64,000 nt of DNA. Origin: Anthoceros angustus (lineage: Eukaryota; Plantae; Anthocerotophyta). The position numbers and the translations under genes are program-made. The notes under the pieces are model-generated. The model had not been told where the DNA came from. It saw only the letters and a program-made list of their open reading frames with translations, and did not search any database. Where the stretch lies: assembly GCA_010909165.1 (NCBI GenBank), contig MU008197.1:248001-312000 (forward strand). The letters are read 5' to 3'. This document shows positions 1-10,438 of this stretch, one piece after another. The first letter of the stretch is position 1. Each line of letters opens with the position of its first letter.

Positions 1-1200
1 AAGCGTGGGGCGGATACGGAGCCGGCATTGCGGGATCAAATTTGATGATAAAGCCAATGCATGCGACCAATTGGAGAGTTTTCCGGGCATGCCTCCGGTG
101 CGGTGAAAAGGATTATCTTGTCTGCTGGAGAAAGTGATTCAAGGCGAGTTGACCGTGGCGGCATGAAAACGTGGATACGAAGGCCAAGAAGTTGAATGTC
201 ATCCAGAAGACATTTTGCTGGGTGAGGTGCAATTCATTTGCGAAGTTGAGAGAGAATATCCGAGGCACTCAACACGGAAGATATAGCGAAATTTCAACCG
301 GTGTTTGATCACATTGTGCAGTAATCCGACACGAGTTAGCAAGTGCGCAAACTAGTTTGCGCACTGTCTTCGTGTTCGACCTATGAACGTCTCCATCTGC
401 GGACCAAAAGCGGTGAAGAGTACAAGAGAAGATGATACCCGATAGCTTCAAAGAGCACATCAATGCGGCAAGAAATTGGAAGAGGGTGGAAGATTTTGCG
501 AGAGAGGCGAGAGGAAGACAACGGCAAACTAGACATTTTCCATGTTCGAAAAGCAAGCAAAGGTCCGTTACGGTGTAATGGTGATATTCGTGAAATGGCT
601 GCCTACTTGGGGAAAAGAGAATACAAGGCGTTGGTCGTCGATTTACCAAGGGGCAATTTATCGGAGACATGGGATAAGGAGATGACATGTGAGGATATGG
701 AGAAGATAATGGATGGATTCATGACAATCACCGAATGCAAGACTTTCCGTGATATTATGCATGGACGGACGGATGCGGGATGTCAAAATGCTACGAAAAT
801 GGTGTGAAAAGGGGGTTTATACAATGGTGCAGGAGAAAGACAATTTGGTCTCGGACGAGGACTTTCACGAGCTGAGTACATGACTGGGGTATGGTGTTCA
901 CCCCTCTGAAGATATGAGGAAGTGCGTGCATTGTCCAATAGTCGGTAGAGATTGGAGCAATGCTGCGTTTATTCGACATAAGCGATCGTGAAGAAACTTT
1001 TGAATGTGTCCAACGATGGCCATGTTGTTTCTCCTTACCAAAAGCCAATAGGGTTGATGGTTACGCTATGACCTATTCACGGAAAGGGGAATGGGTTATA
1101 GATGGATGCTCGGGAAGCGGAGTGGAATACTTGCGGCATTCTTTGGAAGGAGGAAGGCTGTTCTGTTGACCAAGAACAGAGGAGCACAATATTCATCGAG
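1..1200 (+). pseudogene. 3' part of a gene ending in a beta-class amino (N4C/N6A) DNA methyltransferase domain (PF01555-like); frameshifted, 5' end outside the window
   Basis: Joined across frameshifts: motif IV-like KALVVDLPRG...WD (DLPRG 640-654, WD 670-675), SPYQKPIGLMVTL (SPYQKP 1030-1047), then TYSRKGEWVIDGCSGSG (WVIDGCSGSG 1092-1121) and GILAA..GR/RKAV. This matches DLPYG..WD / P.QKP..L / S..GD.VLD.F.GSG in the IV-before-I order of beta-class MTases. Confidence 0.75.
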
Positions 1201-1685
1201 CAGTATTACGCCATGAAGTGTTTCCTACAGACGAGGAAGAGTTGACCACCAAACCACACAAAGCGTGGACATCCGGTTTTGCCAAAGAGATGGCGGCGGG
1301 GAGATCGATTAAGCCCGGGGCATAGCGCTACACTTGGTTCAAGGAACATGCGCACCCATCGACCTTCAAGACTTGAGTCAATCAGGGCCGGAAGAAGAAG
1401 GAGAAAGATGGCAAAAAGGTCCGGATAACCCTAAGAACAGAGGAGCACAATATTCATCGAATCAGACATGTGCCATGAAGTGTTTCATGCATTTGAGGAA
1501 GAGTTGACCACCAAACCACACAAACGTGACATCCGTTTTTGCCAAAGAGATGGCGGGGAGATGCCTGTGTGGCCGCAACGCTACACTTGGTTCAAGGAAC
1601 ATGCGCACCCATCGACCTTCAAGACTTGAGTCAATCGCAAGAAGAAGGAGAAAGATGGCAAAAAGGTCCATAACCCTAAGAACAT
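1172..1685 (+). repeat. Tandem duplication, about 260 bp x2
   Basis: AAGAACAGAGGAGCACAATATTCATCGA starts at 1172 and 1433; both copies end in ...AAAAAGGTCC..TAACCCTAAGAAC and differ by many small indels. Confidence 0.9.
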
Positions 1686-1750
1686 GTAAGGAAAGAAGAG
1701 CTAAGACCAAGAAAGCGACCTACTTGGGACAACCAACATCAGGAGGCGTT

Positions 1751-1950
1751 TGGGTTTGGCGAGTCCCAAGGTGGAGAAAGCCATATCTTCCTCTTGCTTT
1801 TACGATCCATAGCGGCTGCAGAGAGCGATGACATCGTCGTCCGAGACGCTTGGGTTTGGCGAGTCCCAAGGTGGAGAAACGCCATATCTTCCTCTTGCTA
1901 TTTACGATCCGCAACTACCGCAAGAGAACGATGACATCGTCGTCCCGAGG
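1751..1950 (+). repeat. Tandem duplication, 100 bp x2
   Basis: TGGGTTTGGCGAGTCCCAAGGTGGAGAAA at 1751 and 1851; both copies end in GATGACATCGTCGTCC. Confidence 0.9.
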
Positions 1951-2240
1951 AAAGACAACATTCGCCAAACTAGCTAGAAACATAGACCGATGTCAATTGT
2001 TGGGCTATTTAAATGTGAGTCGCACAAGTTTGTGCACAAATAGCATGGCGGTCACGAAGGAAAAAGCTGATCTGAATGTCTCTCGATGGTTTTCTCGTAA
2101 TTTCGATGCGAGAATGTCCCATATATTGTATCGCACCAAAATTGAAATGTTTGCGGGTGACATGTCATGGGAGAAATACAAAAAATGATTCGGTCGGATT
2201 TCCCTCGTGTGCGAAGGGTCCGGAAGCGTCCGTGTGTGCC

Positions 2241-2268
2241 AAAAGGGGTTTCAGGAGAAACCCCTTTT
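2241..2268. other. Perfect hairpin, 12-bp stem and 4-nt loop
   Basis: AAAAGGGGTTTC-AGGA-GAAACCCCTTTT. Confidence 0.9.
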
Positions 2269-2351
2269 AGAACAGACGCTGTTTTGTTCCTTTCCGCCTT
2301 ATTTTACACTCCATACCTACGAAAAAAAACAAACCCAGCTTATTTCCTAAC

Positions 2352-4148
2352 CGCAAGGAGAGTCCGTGGTCCACAGGGTCCGAGCTGGAGAATTGGTGAG
2401 GGCACTTAGACTTGGGTTCCTGGAAAAACGGTGGAGCTATGTGAACCCAAGTCTAGTGCAGGAGTGTGCTCGCCAGCTGAAGGCTGAGTCACAAGGGGAA
2501 GGAATCAGGGAAAGGCCGCAAGATTGGGATGTGGAGTTAGTTAGGAAGATCTATGGGCGTAGTGAGGTGGAGATAAATGGGAGGATTTACCAGACCAGCG
2601 ACGAGGAAGGAGGGCCCATGGATTCGGCAGGAGTGGACGGCGGGCCAGCACCAAATCGAGGAGGGTGGAGATAACGGTAGGGTAGTGGCATCCTAGGAAT
2701 AGAGCTGATGGGATTTGATAGATGCCATCCTCGACCCAAGGTCCAAAATTATAGGCGCTTCGTGTTCAAATTTTAGCTTTAGACCTCGAAATCACGGGCT
2801 ATGACGCCCCCAGTGATGAAATAGGTCTAGATTAGGGCACTATTCATTAGGGCCTCATAACTTAAACATTATTATCTACCTAGGGTTATTTAGGTAGTTA
2901 GTAGTTATATTAGTTATATTGGTTACAACAACTTACGGTTGCAACTACTTATGGTTGCAACCATTTATGGTTGCAACCATTTATGGTTGTAACCACCCAA
3001 CTACCCAGCCTATTTAAAGGCTTGTACTTTACTCATTAATTACTTACATTGTTTCTTCTTCTTCAATCTAAGAGCTGCATTCTCATCACCAAAGAATTGT
3101 ATAAAGGGGCCATGCCCCTCACATCGATAATTCCTGCTGAGATCCCCACGCCTGCCGGTGGGCTGGTTGGAGACCACTGATGACAAGAGGTAGTGTGTGC
3201 GAGACGCCCTAGGGTGGTCGGAGCTTGCTCGCAAACTGTGGGGAAGGGGGTGATAGAGCCCTACCGACAACGGAGGAGGAAATTGAGGGATTGCTGGGCG
3301 GAACTGAGCTTGCTGCAACGCCCGCCGGACGCCCGATAATTCTTCTTTCCTACCCTTCTTCCCGCTGGTTGTGTTCCAAAATTTAGAGTGTGTGGGTGTG
3401 TGGGTCAGTTTGGCTGAATCGAGAGAGAGAGAGGATTGGGTGAACCGAGAGAGAGGAAGAAAGAGCGGTGAAGGAGGGTCGAATAGCACTGGCGCGAGGT
3501 GTGAAGCCGTGAAGAGGAGTTGAGAAGGAGAACTAATTGAGAGACTAACAGTGGAGATTTGTGTGGATCAAAGAGAATCCAAACCGGTGCTGTCGGTGGA
3601 AGTGTGCACAAGGGAAAACACCATTCCTTTGTGGAAATTGTGTGGGTGTGGCGCCTTTGTGTGTGTGTGAAAGCGGTTGAGAGGGATCTGTGGAGCTTTG
3701 GTCCCTAGGAATCGGTGTGTACATGAAGTGTGGAGTGCAAAATAAAGTCTGATCTCGCGGAGCAGTGGTACGCCTGCAGAGATTCTGGCGCTGCAAGGCG
3801 CTAGAAATAAGTTGCTAGGATTTGGCGTGGGACCACTCTTGCGTTACACCAAACTACCCCAGAGTGGTGAGAGTCACCATGCAGTAGTAGCTTCCTGAAC
3901 CGGAGGTCGTGGAATAAGATTTGTGGTCGTGGGAATAAGATGTGTGCAGTTAGACAAGTGGGAGGTAGTAGTAGTTGAGTAGATAGGTTAGAGGAGTAAT
4001 AGCAAGTCCCGACTTAGGCGAAGGCCGTGAAGTGATAGAAGTTAGCGCCCTTGGCACAAACCATTCCCTTGGGAGCAATCCTAGGCCTACAATGACATTG
4101 AGGGTGAACGGGACCTCATGGTGTCTCTAGACACGTTCACACTCCACC
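2352..4148 (+). mobile_element. 5'-truncated gypsy LTR related to family B (42243-49439)
   Basis: Shares GTAGTGGCATCCTAGGAATAG, GCTATGACGCCC..AAAGAATTGTATAAAGGGG, the GA/GT tracts, GTCGTGG(G)AATAAGAT repeats and terminal ..TTCACACTCCAC with the B LTRs; no PBS follows. Confidence 0.85.
2814..3088. mobile_element. 275-bp solo-LTR-like insertion nested in the B-like LTR
   Basis: Absent from the B LTRs, where GACGCCCAAAGAATT is contiguous. TGATGA...TCATCA termini, AT-rich, TATTTAAAGG box, four 16-bp TTATGGTTGCAAC repeats at 2933, 2949, 2965 and 2981. TSD imperfect (CCCAG vs CCAAA). Confidence 0.7.
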
Positions 4149-4149
4149 T

Positions 4150-5500
4150 CTTCTAGTGCCGCCTGCCTCCGCCTCCATGCATGTTGTCTCGCCTCCTCAT
4201 CACAGCCCACATATGCGTTCCTCCTCCACGCCCGCCCACGCCCGCCCTCATCTCAAGCACCGGGCAGCCCTGAGCCTGCTTCAAAGAAACCACATCAGAC
4301 ACCTGGCTAGATGTGCAGAGTTTCCTCCTATCCCAACAACCACATACACATTTAGAGTGAGCACCGTCACCATGCAAGTGGTGGTTGTGTGACATGAGCA
4401 TCCTCATCCAGATGCCGCAAGACAATACGCCTTCTCGCTAAGGGTCCTTACCTTCCACCGTGGACAATCCGGACTGGCCGCCTGGAACTGAGAGTTGCAT
4501 CCTCCGCATGCTTCCCTGCCATTTTACCTCCCTTCCGCGACGGGTGGTTTAGCCACCGCATGTAGTTGCTTCCCCAACGGTGGTTGCTTCCGCCATCATG
4601 GTAGCCGCCGCCTCGCCTTCTTCTATTTGCCCGCCTTCTCTTGACCGGCCCTAGCCTCATCTCTCCCGCTTATATCTCTCCGCTAGTTTCTGAACTTCCA
4701 AGGGTGCCATCGTCTCCACCGTTTCTGACTCAAAACTTCATTCGAGCTCCTCAATCAGCATGCGCCTCCTTTTACTTGATTCACTAGGGCCTCCTGGTGG
4801 ACATGGCCTCACCGCCTCCTCTGCCTTGCTGCACTCCCCGCACTCGTCATGCGATCCTCCGCCGCTTTTTCTCTCGCCTCCAATCCCTCCAACTTTTCCC
4901 TTTGAGCATCTCTTGTTGCCCCGCAGACCACCAAGTGAGAGCCATACCGCCTGATCGAGAAGGTCCATCCGGGTTTGAGCCATGCGTCGAACGGGCAGAT
5001 TCTGCACCGTCTGCTCCATTCCTTCCACAATAAGCCTGTGACGCTGGCCGTGTCATTCGCCTCACTTCACTTGCCGGACAGCCAATGGATATCTAAAAAT
5101 GTCCTTGAGTCTCCTGAGCCTCTCAAATTAACCCTTCATCCCCTAGGGGTTGGTCTCGCAGCTTTCATTTGTAAAAACTCCCCAGCACTGCGATCTGCCC
5201 TCCAGACCAACAAGGGGACAACCCGCTTTTGCTTTCCTCCTTCGCCTGTGGCCCGCTGCCACGACCCGTGATCCGAGTAGGTGTGGTTGTGGGCCTCCTC
5301 CACCGCCACTGCTTCTCCTTTTGGCCGACCCCTGCTCACTGCCGCCGCCTCCTCTTCTTACTTTGTAACCTCTCCTCCTTCATCCGAATCCTCGGGTGAG
5401 GCGACCCCAACTGAATCCTTCCCCGAGTCCTCCTTAGACTCTCTCCTCTACCTTGAGTTCCCCGACCGGCTTTCCAACTATGAATACACCACCTCCAACC
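4150..5500 (-). pseudogene. Retrotransposon gag/protease-like remnant
   Basis: Charged gag-like stretch, degenerate zinc knuckle (..GREGHMRRDCNS-like, about 4490-4530) and a possible protease motif region (SSQVSDVVSLKQAQ); heavily frameshifted. Confidence 0.4.
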
Positions 5501-5519
5501 CGCTTTAAAGGCATTCGAA

Positions 5520-6760
5520 TACGCAAAACACATGAATCGTAAAGGGCGAGATCAAAGAGGGTGAGGGGGAGAGCAACGCCCTCTCTCTTCATAGGCCTCT
5601 CGAAAATCATCCTTCCCCAATAATCCGGGTGCCTTTAACCACTTCATGAAGAAAGACCAGAAGTGGTCCGCCATGTGATCCAATTTCCTGCCGCAAAACA
5701 TGTAATCCACTTGGCCAATCCCACGGTTTGTACACGAGTTGGCTGGGTCACCCATCCATTGTTAACCCTCACTTCCCTGTGCTTCATGAGTGCGTCACTG
5801 CAGCCTTAGTGGTCTTTCCTAATCACCACTGACTCCCATCCTCCGATTCCTCTCCATACACCGCCTGAAGAGCCCCAAGTCCCACTTAGGCTCTTCCTCA
5901 TGTCGCCTCTTATGACCACTGGTCCTCAATTACATGATTCCACACTAATGCTGAAATAATATAGCACCATTTCTTCTCCATGAAGCCCAACCTCAATTCC
6001 TCGTGACAAGGTCAGCCACTTAACCTTCCAGTGGTCCATATTGGGCCACCGTGCGTAGTGGGATCTCGCCGCGAGGCGCCATTTCTTCCTCCTCATTGCC
6101 ACGCTCAAACGCTTACGGCTCTACTCTCAAAACTCGCCTGGGCTGGGGAATTACCTCCTGCGATCCACCTGCCCGCCTCCGCCGGCTTCCCGCCTTGCCT
6201 CACCCCGCCAGACCGACGCTGACAGGCCGAGTCTTTCTCCTCCGCCACGCCTGGGCCCCGCCTGCCTCCGCCGCCATACCGCAGACCAGAAGGAAACCTG
6301 CTCCAAAGTGCCAGACGAAGCTGCTGCCACCAAGTCCTGCCCACCGCCACCTTGAAATTTTGCAGCCCACTCGGGTGGTGGTCTTTCCGCCTGCGCCCGA
6401 CTCTGCCCAACTTATCCTGCCCGGCCCGCCCTAGGTTAGCACCCCTCGCCCGACTGACGCCCACTGGCCACCGTGGTGGAGCTAGCCACCTCCCATCTCC
6501 GCCTAACCTGCTGTCGAATGTAGGTATTCCGCATATATAGACACTTTTTATTTCTAAAAATGCCAAGGTCCAAGGACTTTCTATCTGACCTAACATACCT
6601 AGGGTCGAAGCCCAAGGACCAATTATTAAAAATATTATTGCCATGGGCCAAGGACCACTGTCAGTATAAAAAGGCCTTACCCGGACGATTCCTAAGCATT
6701 CCGTTACACTAACAACAACAAAAAAACAAAAAATTCATTCAAACCGACAGTTCAGAGAAG
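5520..6760 (-). mobile_element. 5' portion of another gypsy LTR (family D) with accessory-ORF remnant
   Basis: Reverse complement of 6540-6750 resembles the B-LTR start (TTTTTTGTTTTTTTG, AATAATTGGTCCTT, CCTTGG..AAAGTGTCTATATATG); ORF 5552-5755 reads RKLDHMADHFWSFF, like the xDWA motif of the accessory protein. Confidence 0.55.
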
Positions 6761-6895
6761 GGTTAGTATGCATGTGGTCTCCCACAAGCGTGCCACCTAG
6801 TTGTTCGCCACAAGGGCTCCCTTCATCATGCATGTGTGAAGCACACTTTTTTCTTGAAGCTCAGGGGTAGAATTGGAAGTTGAAACAGATCCACT

Positions 6896-6910
6896 CACTA
6901 CTACAAAAAG
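6896..6910 (+). mobile_element. CACTA (En/Spm) 5' terminal inverted repeat
   Basis: CACTACTACAAAAAG, about 460 bp upstream of a TNP2 transposase; no matching 3' TIR seen in the window. Confidence 0.65.
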
Positions 6911-7356
6911 CCATGTTAAGACGCTTGCCTTAAGATCGCTCATTAGCACATGTTTCTACATCTTAAACTTAAGACTGAGGGAAACCAAAGATGCTCGAGA
7001 CGAACGCCAAAAGGCAAGAAAGACGGCCTCACCCCGCATCTTCATGTCATTTTGCACCATGAGCTCGATCACCATGGAATAATGGACGTGACTCACGCCA
7101 TACTTTTGTCCATTTCAAAGGCACTCATCCGCAGCAGTGCAGCACGAGGGGCCATGAGTTTTGGTGGGTGGCACGATATAATATCCGCTAACCAGATTTT
7201 GCCATGGTGTGTCAAACCCATCGCCCCCAATCCCGCCCGGAAGTGTGATCGCACTTGCCATGGTCGCCCGAGCACTTTTCACAACTTCAATGTATTGTCC
7301 TTGCCCGGATTAAGTAGGGAGGAACCACACACCGAGACATCTCTCACATGTCGTTA

Positions 7357-10300
7357 AGTGGCAAAGGCTTCAAGCAGAGGTGGAAATTGGCAAACCCCGC
7401 CTTTTGTTTTGTTGCGTATGCATCCGGATGTAGATCATTGGGGAGCCGCGAGCTAAGGGCATCTATTTTTATGTAGGCGATGGCCCTGGGCTTCCAGATC
7501 CAGTGATTGCTCAAGAGGTGCCCGTGCTCCGAGGAGTCACCGATGAGGCTCCTCCAGCAGCTCGATTCTGAGGCGGGGGGAGTGACAAGTGACAACGATT
7601 TTCCGACCAGATTTAACATGGAAGACGCGGGTGATAGTGGTCGGGCCCGCCTTACTCCTTTCCGCCACTGCTCCCAACTCAAGCATCACTTAGCCGAGTC
7701 TAACATCCCGCCTGGATTGCAAGCGCGCCAAATCGCAACAAAGCAGGCTCTCCGCCACCTTGGCTTTATTCTTCATCCAAGAGCGCCCGCATATCGACAC
7801 CGCCATACCGCAATCTTTGGTCTCGCTATCTCCACAATGCCGCCGACAATTGCTTACCGTCACTCACCAGAAGCTCCGCCGTGCCGCCAGCCTGCATCGC
7901 TTGTAGGATCGGCGCTCGTGAAGGATCGCATAATTTTTGGGGCGATTGCAAGCGGAACAACTCGCTCATGTAAGGAACCCTGCTATCGAGCTAGTGTGCT
8001 GAGCTACAATCCCGCAAGACCTCGTTCCACTTTCTAATCATTGAGCGCCTTGAGGCTTTTTGAAGTGAAATCGGCAAAGGAGTTGACCCGGTTTGCTTCA
8101 ATAAGAGCACCGATGGGAAATTCAGATTATGGTATACCCGGCCCGAAACGACTTGATGAAATTGATGGGTTTGAAGTAGAGGATAGAAACATCCGACTTG
8201 GGATTTGCACAGATGGTATCAATCCCTCCGGCCACCGCTCATCGGCTTATTCCATTTGGCCGCTTTATTGATCTTGCATAACCTGCGCCATGGATTGCTA
8301 CCAAGAGGCACAAAGGCTTCGCGCAGAGGTGGAAATTGGCAAACCTTGCCCCTTTTGTTTTGTTGCAGATGCATCTGGATGTAGATCATTGGGGAGTCAT
8401 GAGCTAAGGGCATCTATTTTTATGTAGGCTGTATGGCTCGGGCTTCCAGATCTAGTGATTGCCCGAAGAGGTGCCCGTGCTCTTCTGAGGAGTCAGCCTG
8501 ATGAGGCTCCCTCCAGCAGTTCTGATTCGGAGGCAGTGGGGGTGAGTGACAGTGACAACGCATTTTCTGACCAGGATTTTGCGAACATGGAAGACGCGGG
8601 TGGTCGTGGCCCGCCTTACCTCCTTTCCGCCATCGCTCCCAACTCAAGCATCACCAGTCGAGTCTAACATCCCGCCTGGATTGCAAGCGCCAAATCGCAA
8701 CAAAGTAGGCTCTCACGCCACCTTGGCTTTATTCTTCATCCAAGAGCGCTTCCGCATATCAGACACTGCCATATCTGCAATCTTTGGTCTGCTATCCTCC
8801 ACAATGCTGCCCCCGGACAATTGCTTACCGTCGACTCACCAGAAGCACGCCGTGGCCGCGTAGCCTGGATGCATCGCTTGTAGGATCGATGCTCGTGAAG
8901 GATCGCAATTTTTAAAGGATTGCAAGCGGAACAACCTGCCTTTCATGTAAGGAACCCCGTTACCGAGCTAGTGTGGCCGGAGCTACAATCCCGCGCAAGA
9001 CCCTGTTCCACTTTCCAATCATTGAGCGCCTTGAGGCTTTTTGAAGTAAATCGGCAAAGGAGTTGACTGGTTTGCTTGAATAAGAGCACCGATGGGAAAT
9101 TCGTGATTATGGCGATACCCACAAAACGACTTGATGAAATTGATGGGTTTGAAGAGAGGATAGAAACATCCGACTTGGGATTTGCATGATGGTATCAATC
9201 CCTCCGGTCACCGTTCATTACAATTCCATTTGGCCGCTTTATTGATCTTGCATAACCTCCGCCATGGATTGCTACCAAGAGGCGGTTGCTTATGCCTATC
9301 ATTGTGCCCGGCCCAAGTAGCGTAATATGGACGCTTATTTAGAACCCTTTGCAAGAACTAGCGCTCTTGTGGAAAGGCGTGCCTATTGTGGACCACTCTA
9401 AACCATTGGGGACCCAACACGCACTTCACCGCTGGATTTTTGAATGCTACCTGTGATTACCCTGGACTTGGGAGCCTATTCGGTTTACAAGTACGCGAGT
9501 ATGGATGCTGTGTAGACTGTGGGCATGGCCTGCAACCAAGATGGTCACATGCATTGGAAAAGTTAATCTGCGATGGAAACAAGAGGTGGGCCACCTCTAT
9601 GCGTGATCCTCGACGCCGAGAAGACCGAGAATTTTTCAATAATGAAATTGAGGATGTGGTCATCGCCCCACCAAGGCAAGACATTGTATGTAGATGAACA
9701 GTGGGCAAATGCTAGCCGATGAGCGGGCAAATGTTCAAGCATGGAGAGTGAAGCTTAAATCTAGGTTCATTGATCATTTGCCATACATGACACAGCCCAC
9801 AAAATGTGGCTCAAAGATGTAATGTATGTTGAAGTGAATAATTGCTGTATTTTGGAAGCTTTTACGGGAAAGGGAGATACTCGGAAAAGCAAGTAGACTT
9901 GGAAGATGCGATTCAAGCCATGGCTATAGCTAGTTCAAGACAATGATTTAGGCACACTTGCCCCATGCAAGTTACACTTTGCACAGGGCAGATCTAGAAG
10001 CCGTGAAACAGGAGATCTGTCGCATAAAGCCACCTACAGGTATGGGATCAATTTGGGAACGTGTTTTAAGGGTGCCAAAGTCACTGGACTCAAGAGTCAT
10101 GATTGGCATTTATTGATGCATATTTCCTACCCATAGCCCTTCAAGGATATTTAGGCGGTCCTGAATACAAGGCTTTCATAGGCCTAAGCTCACTTTATCG
10201 ATGGTTGTGTCAAAAGGCAATCAAGGTCAGCGACATACCATCAATGAAGACAAAGGTGGTTGACATCATGATCAAATTAGAGAAGTATTATCCGAGTACC

Positions 10301-10385
10301 ATATGGAATCCAATGCAACATTTAATCATGCACTTGGTGGATGAGGTTGAAACTCATGGGCCAGTATATAGTAGGTGGATGTATA
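7357..10385 (+). pseudogene. tnp2: CACTA TNP2-like transposase (transposase-associated domain, Transposase_21, DUF4218), frameshifted
   Basis: RNIRLGICTDGINP, YSIWPL, ATCDYPGLGSL, CVDCG and MQHLIMHLVDEVETHGPVYSRWMY are characteristic TNP2-family motifs. Confidence 0.92.
7358..9280 (+). repeat. About 950-bp tandem duplication of the 5' part of tnp2
   Basis: AAAGGCTTC..GCAGAGGTGGAAATTGGCAAACC at about 7365 and 8310; both copies end in CATGGATTGCTACCAAGAGGC. Confidence 0.9.
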
Positions 10386-10438
10386 TCATCACCAGTAAGT
10401 TACCCATCCACCCTTCCAGTGGAACATTATTGCATGCA

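Noticed and set aside
601-760. ALVVDLPR resembling the Walker B region (IFDIPR) of CRESS-virus/nanovirus Rep helicases
   Set aside because: No Walker A GK(S/T) upstream; downstream PYQKP and D..SGSG fit an amino-MTase much better.
7000-7340. Coding-like sequence between the CACTA TIR and tnp2
   Set aside because: Short ORFs on both strands with no recognisable family.
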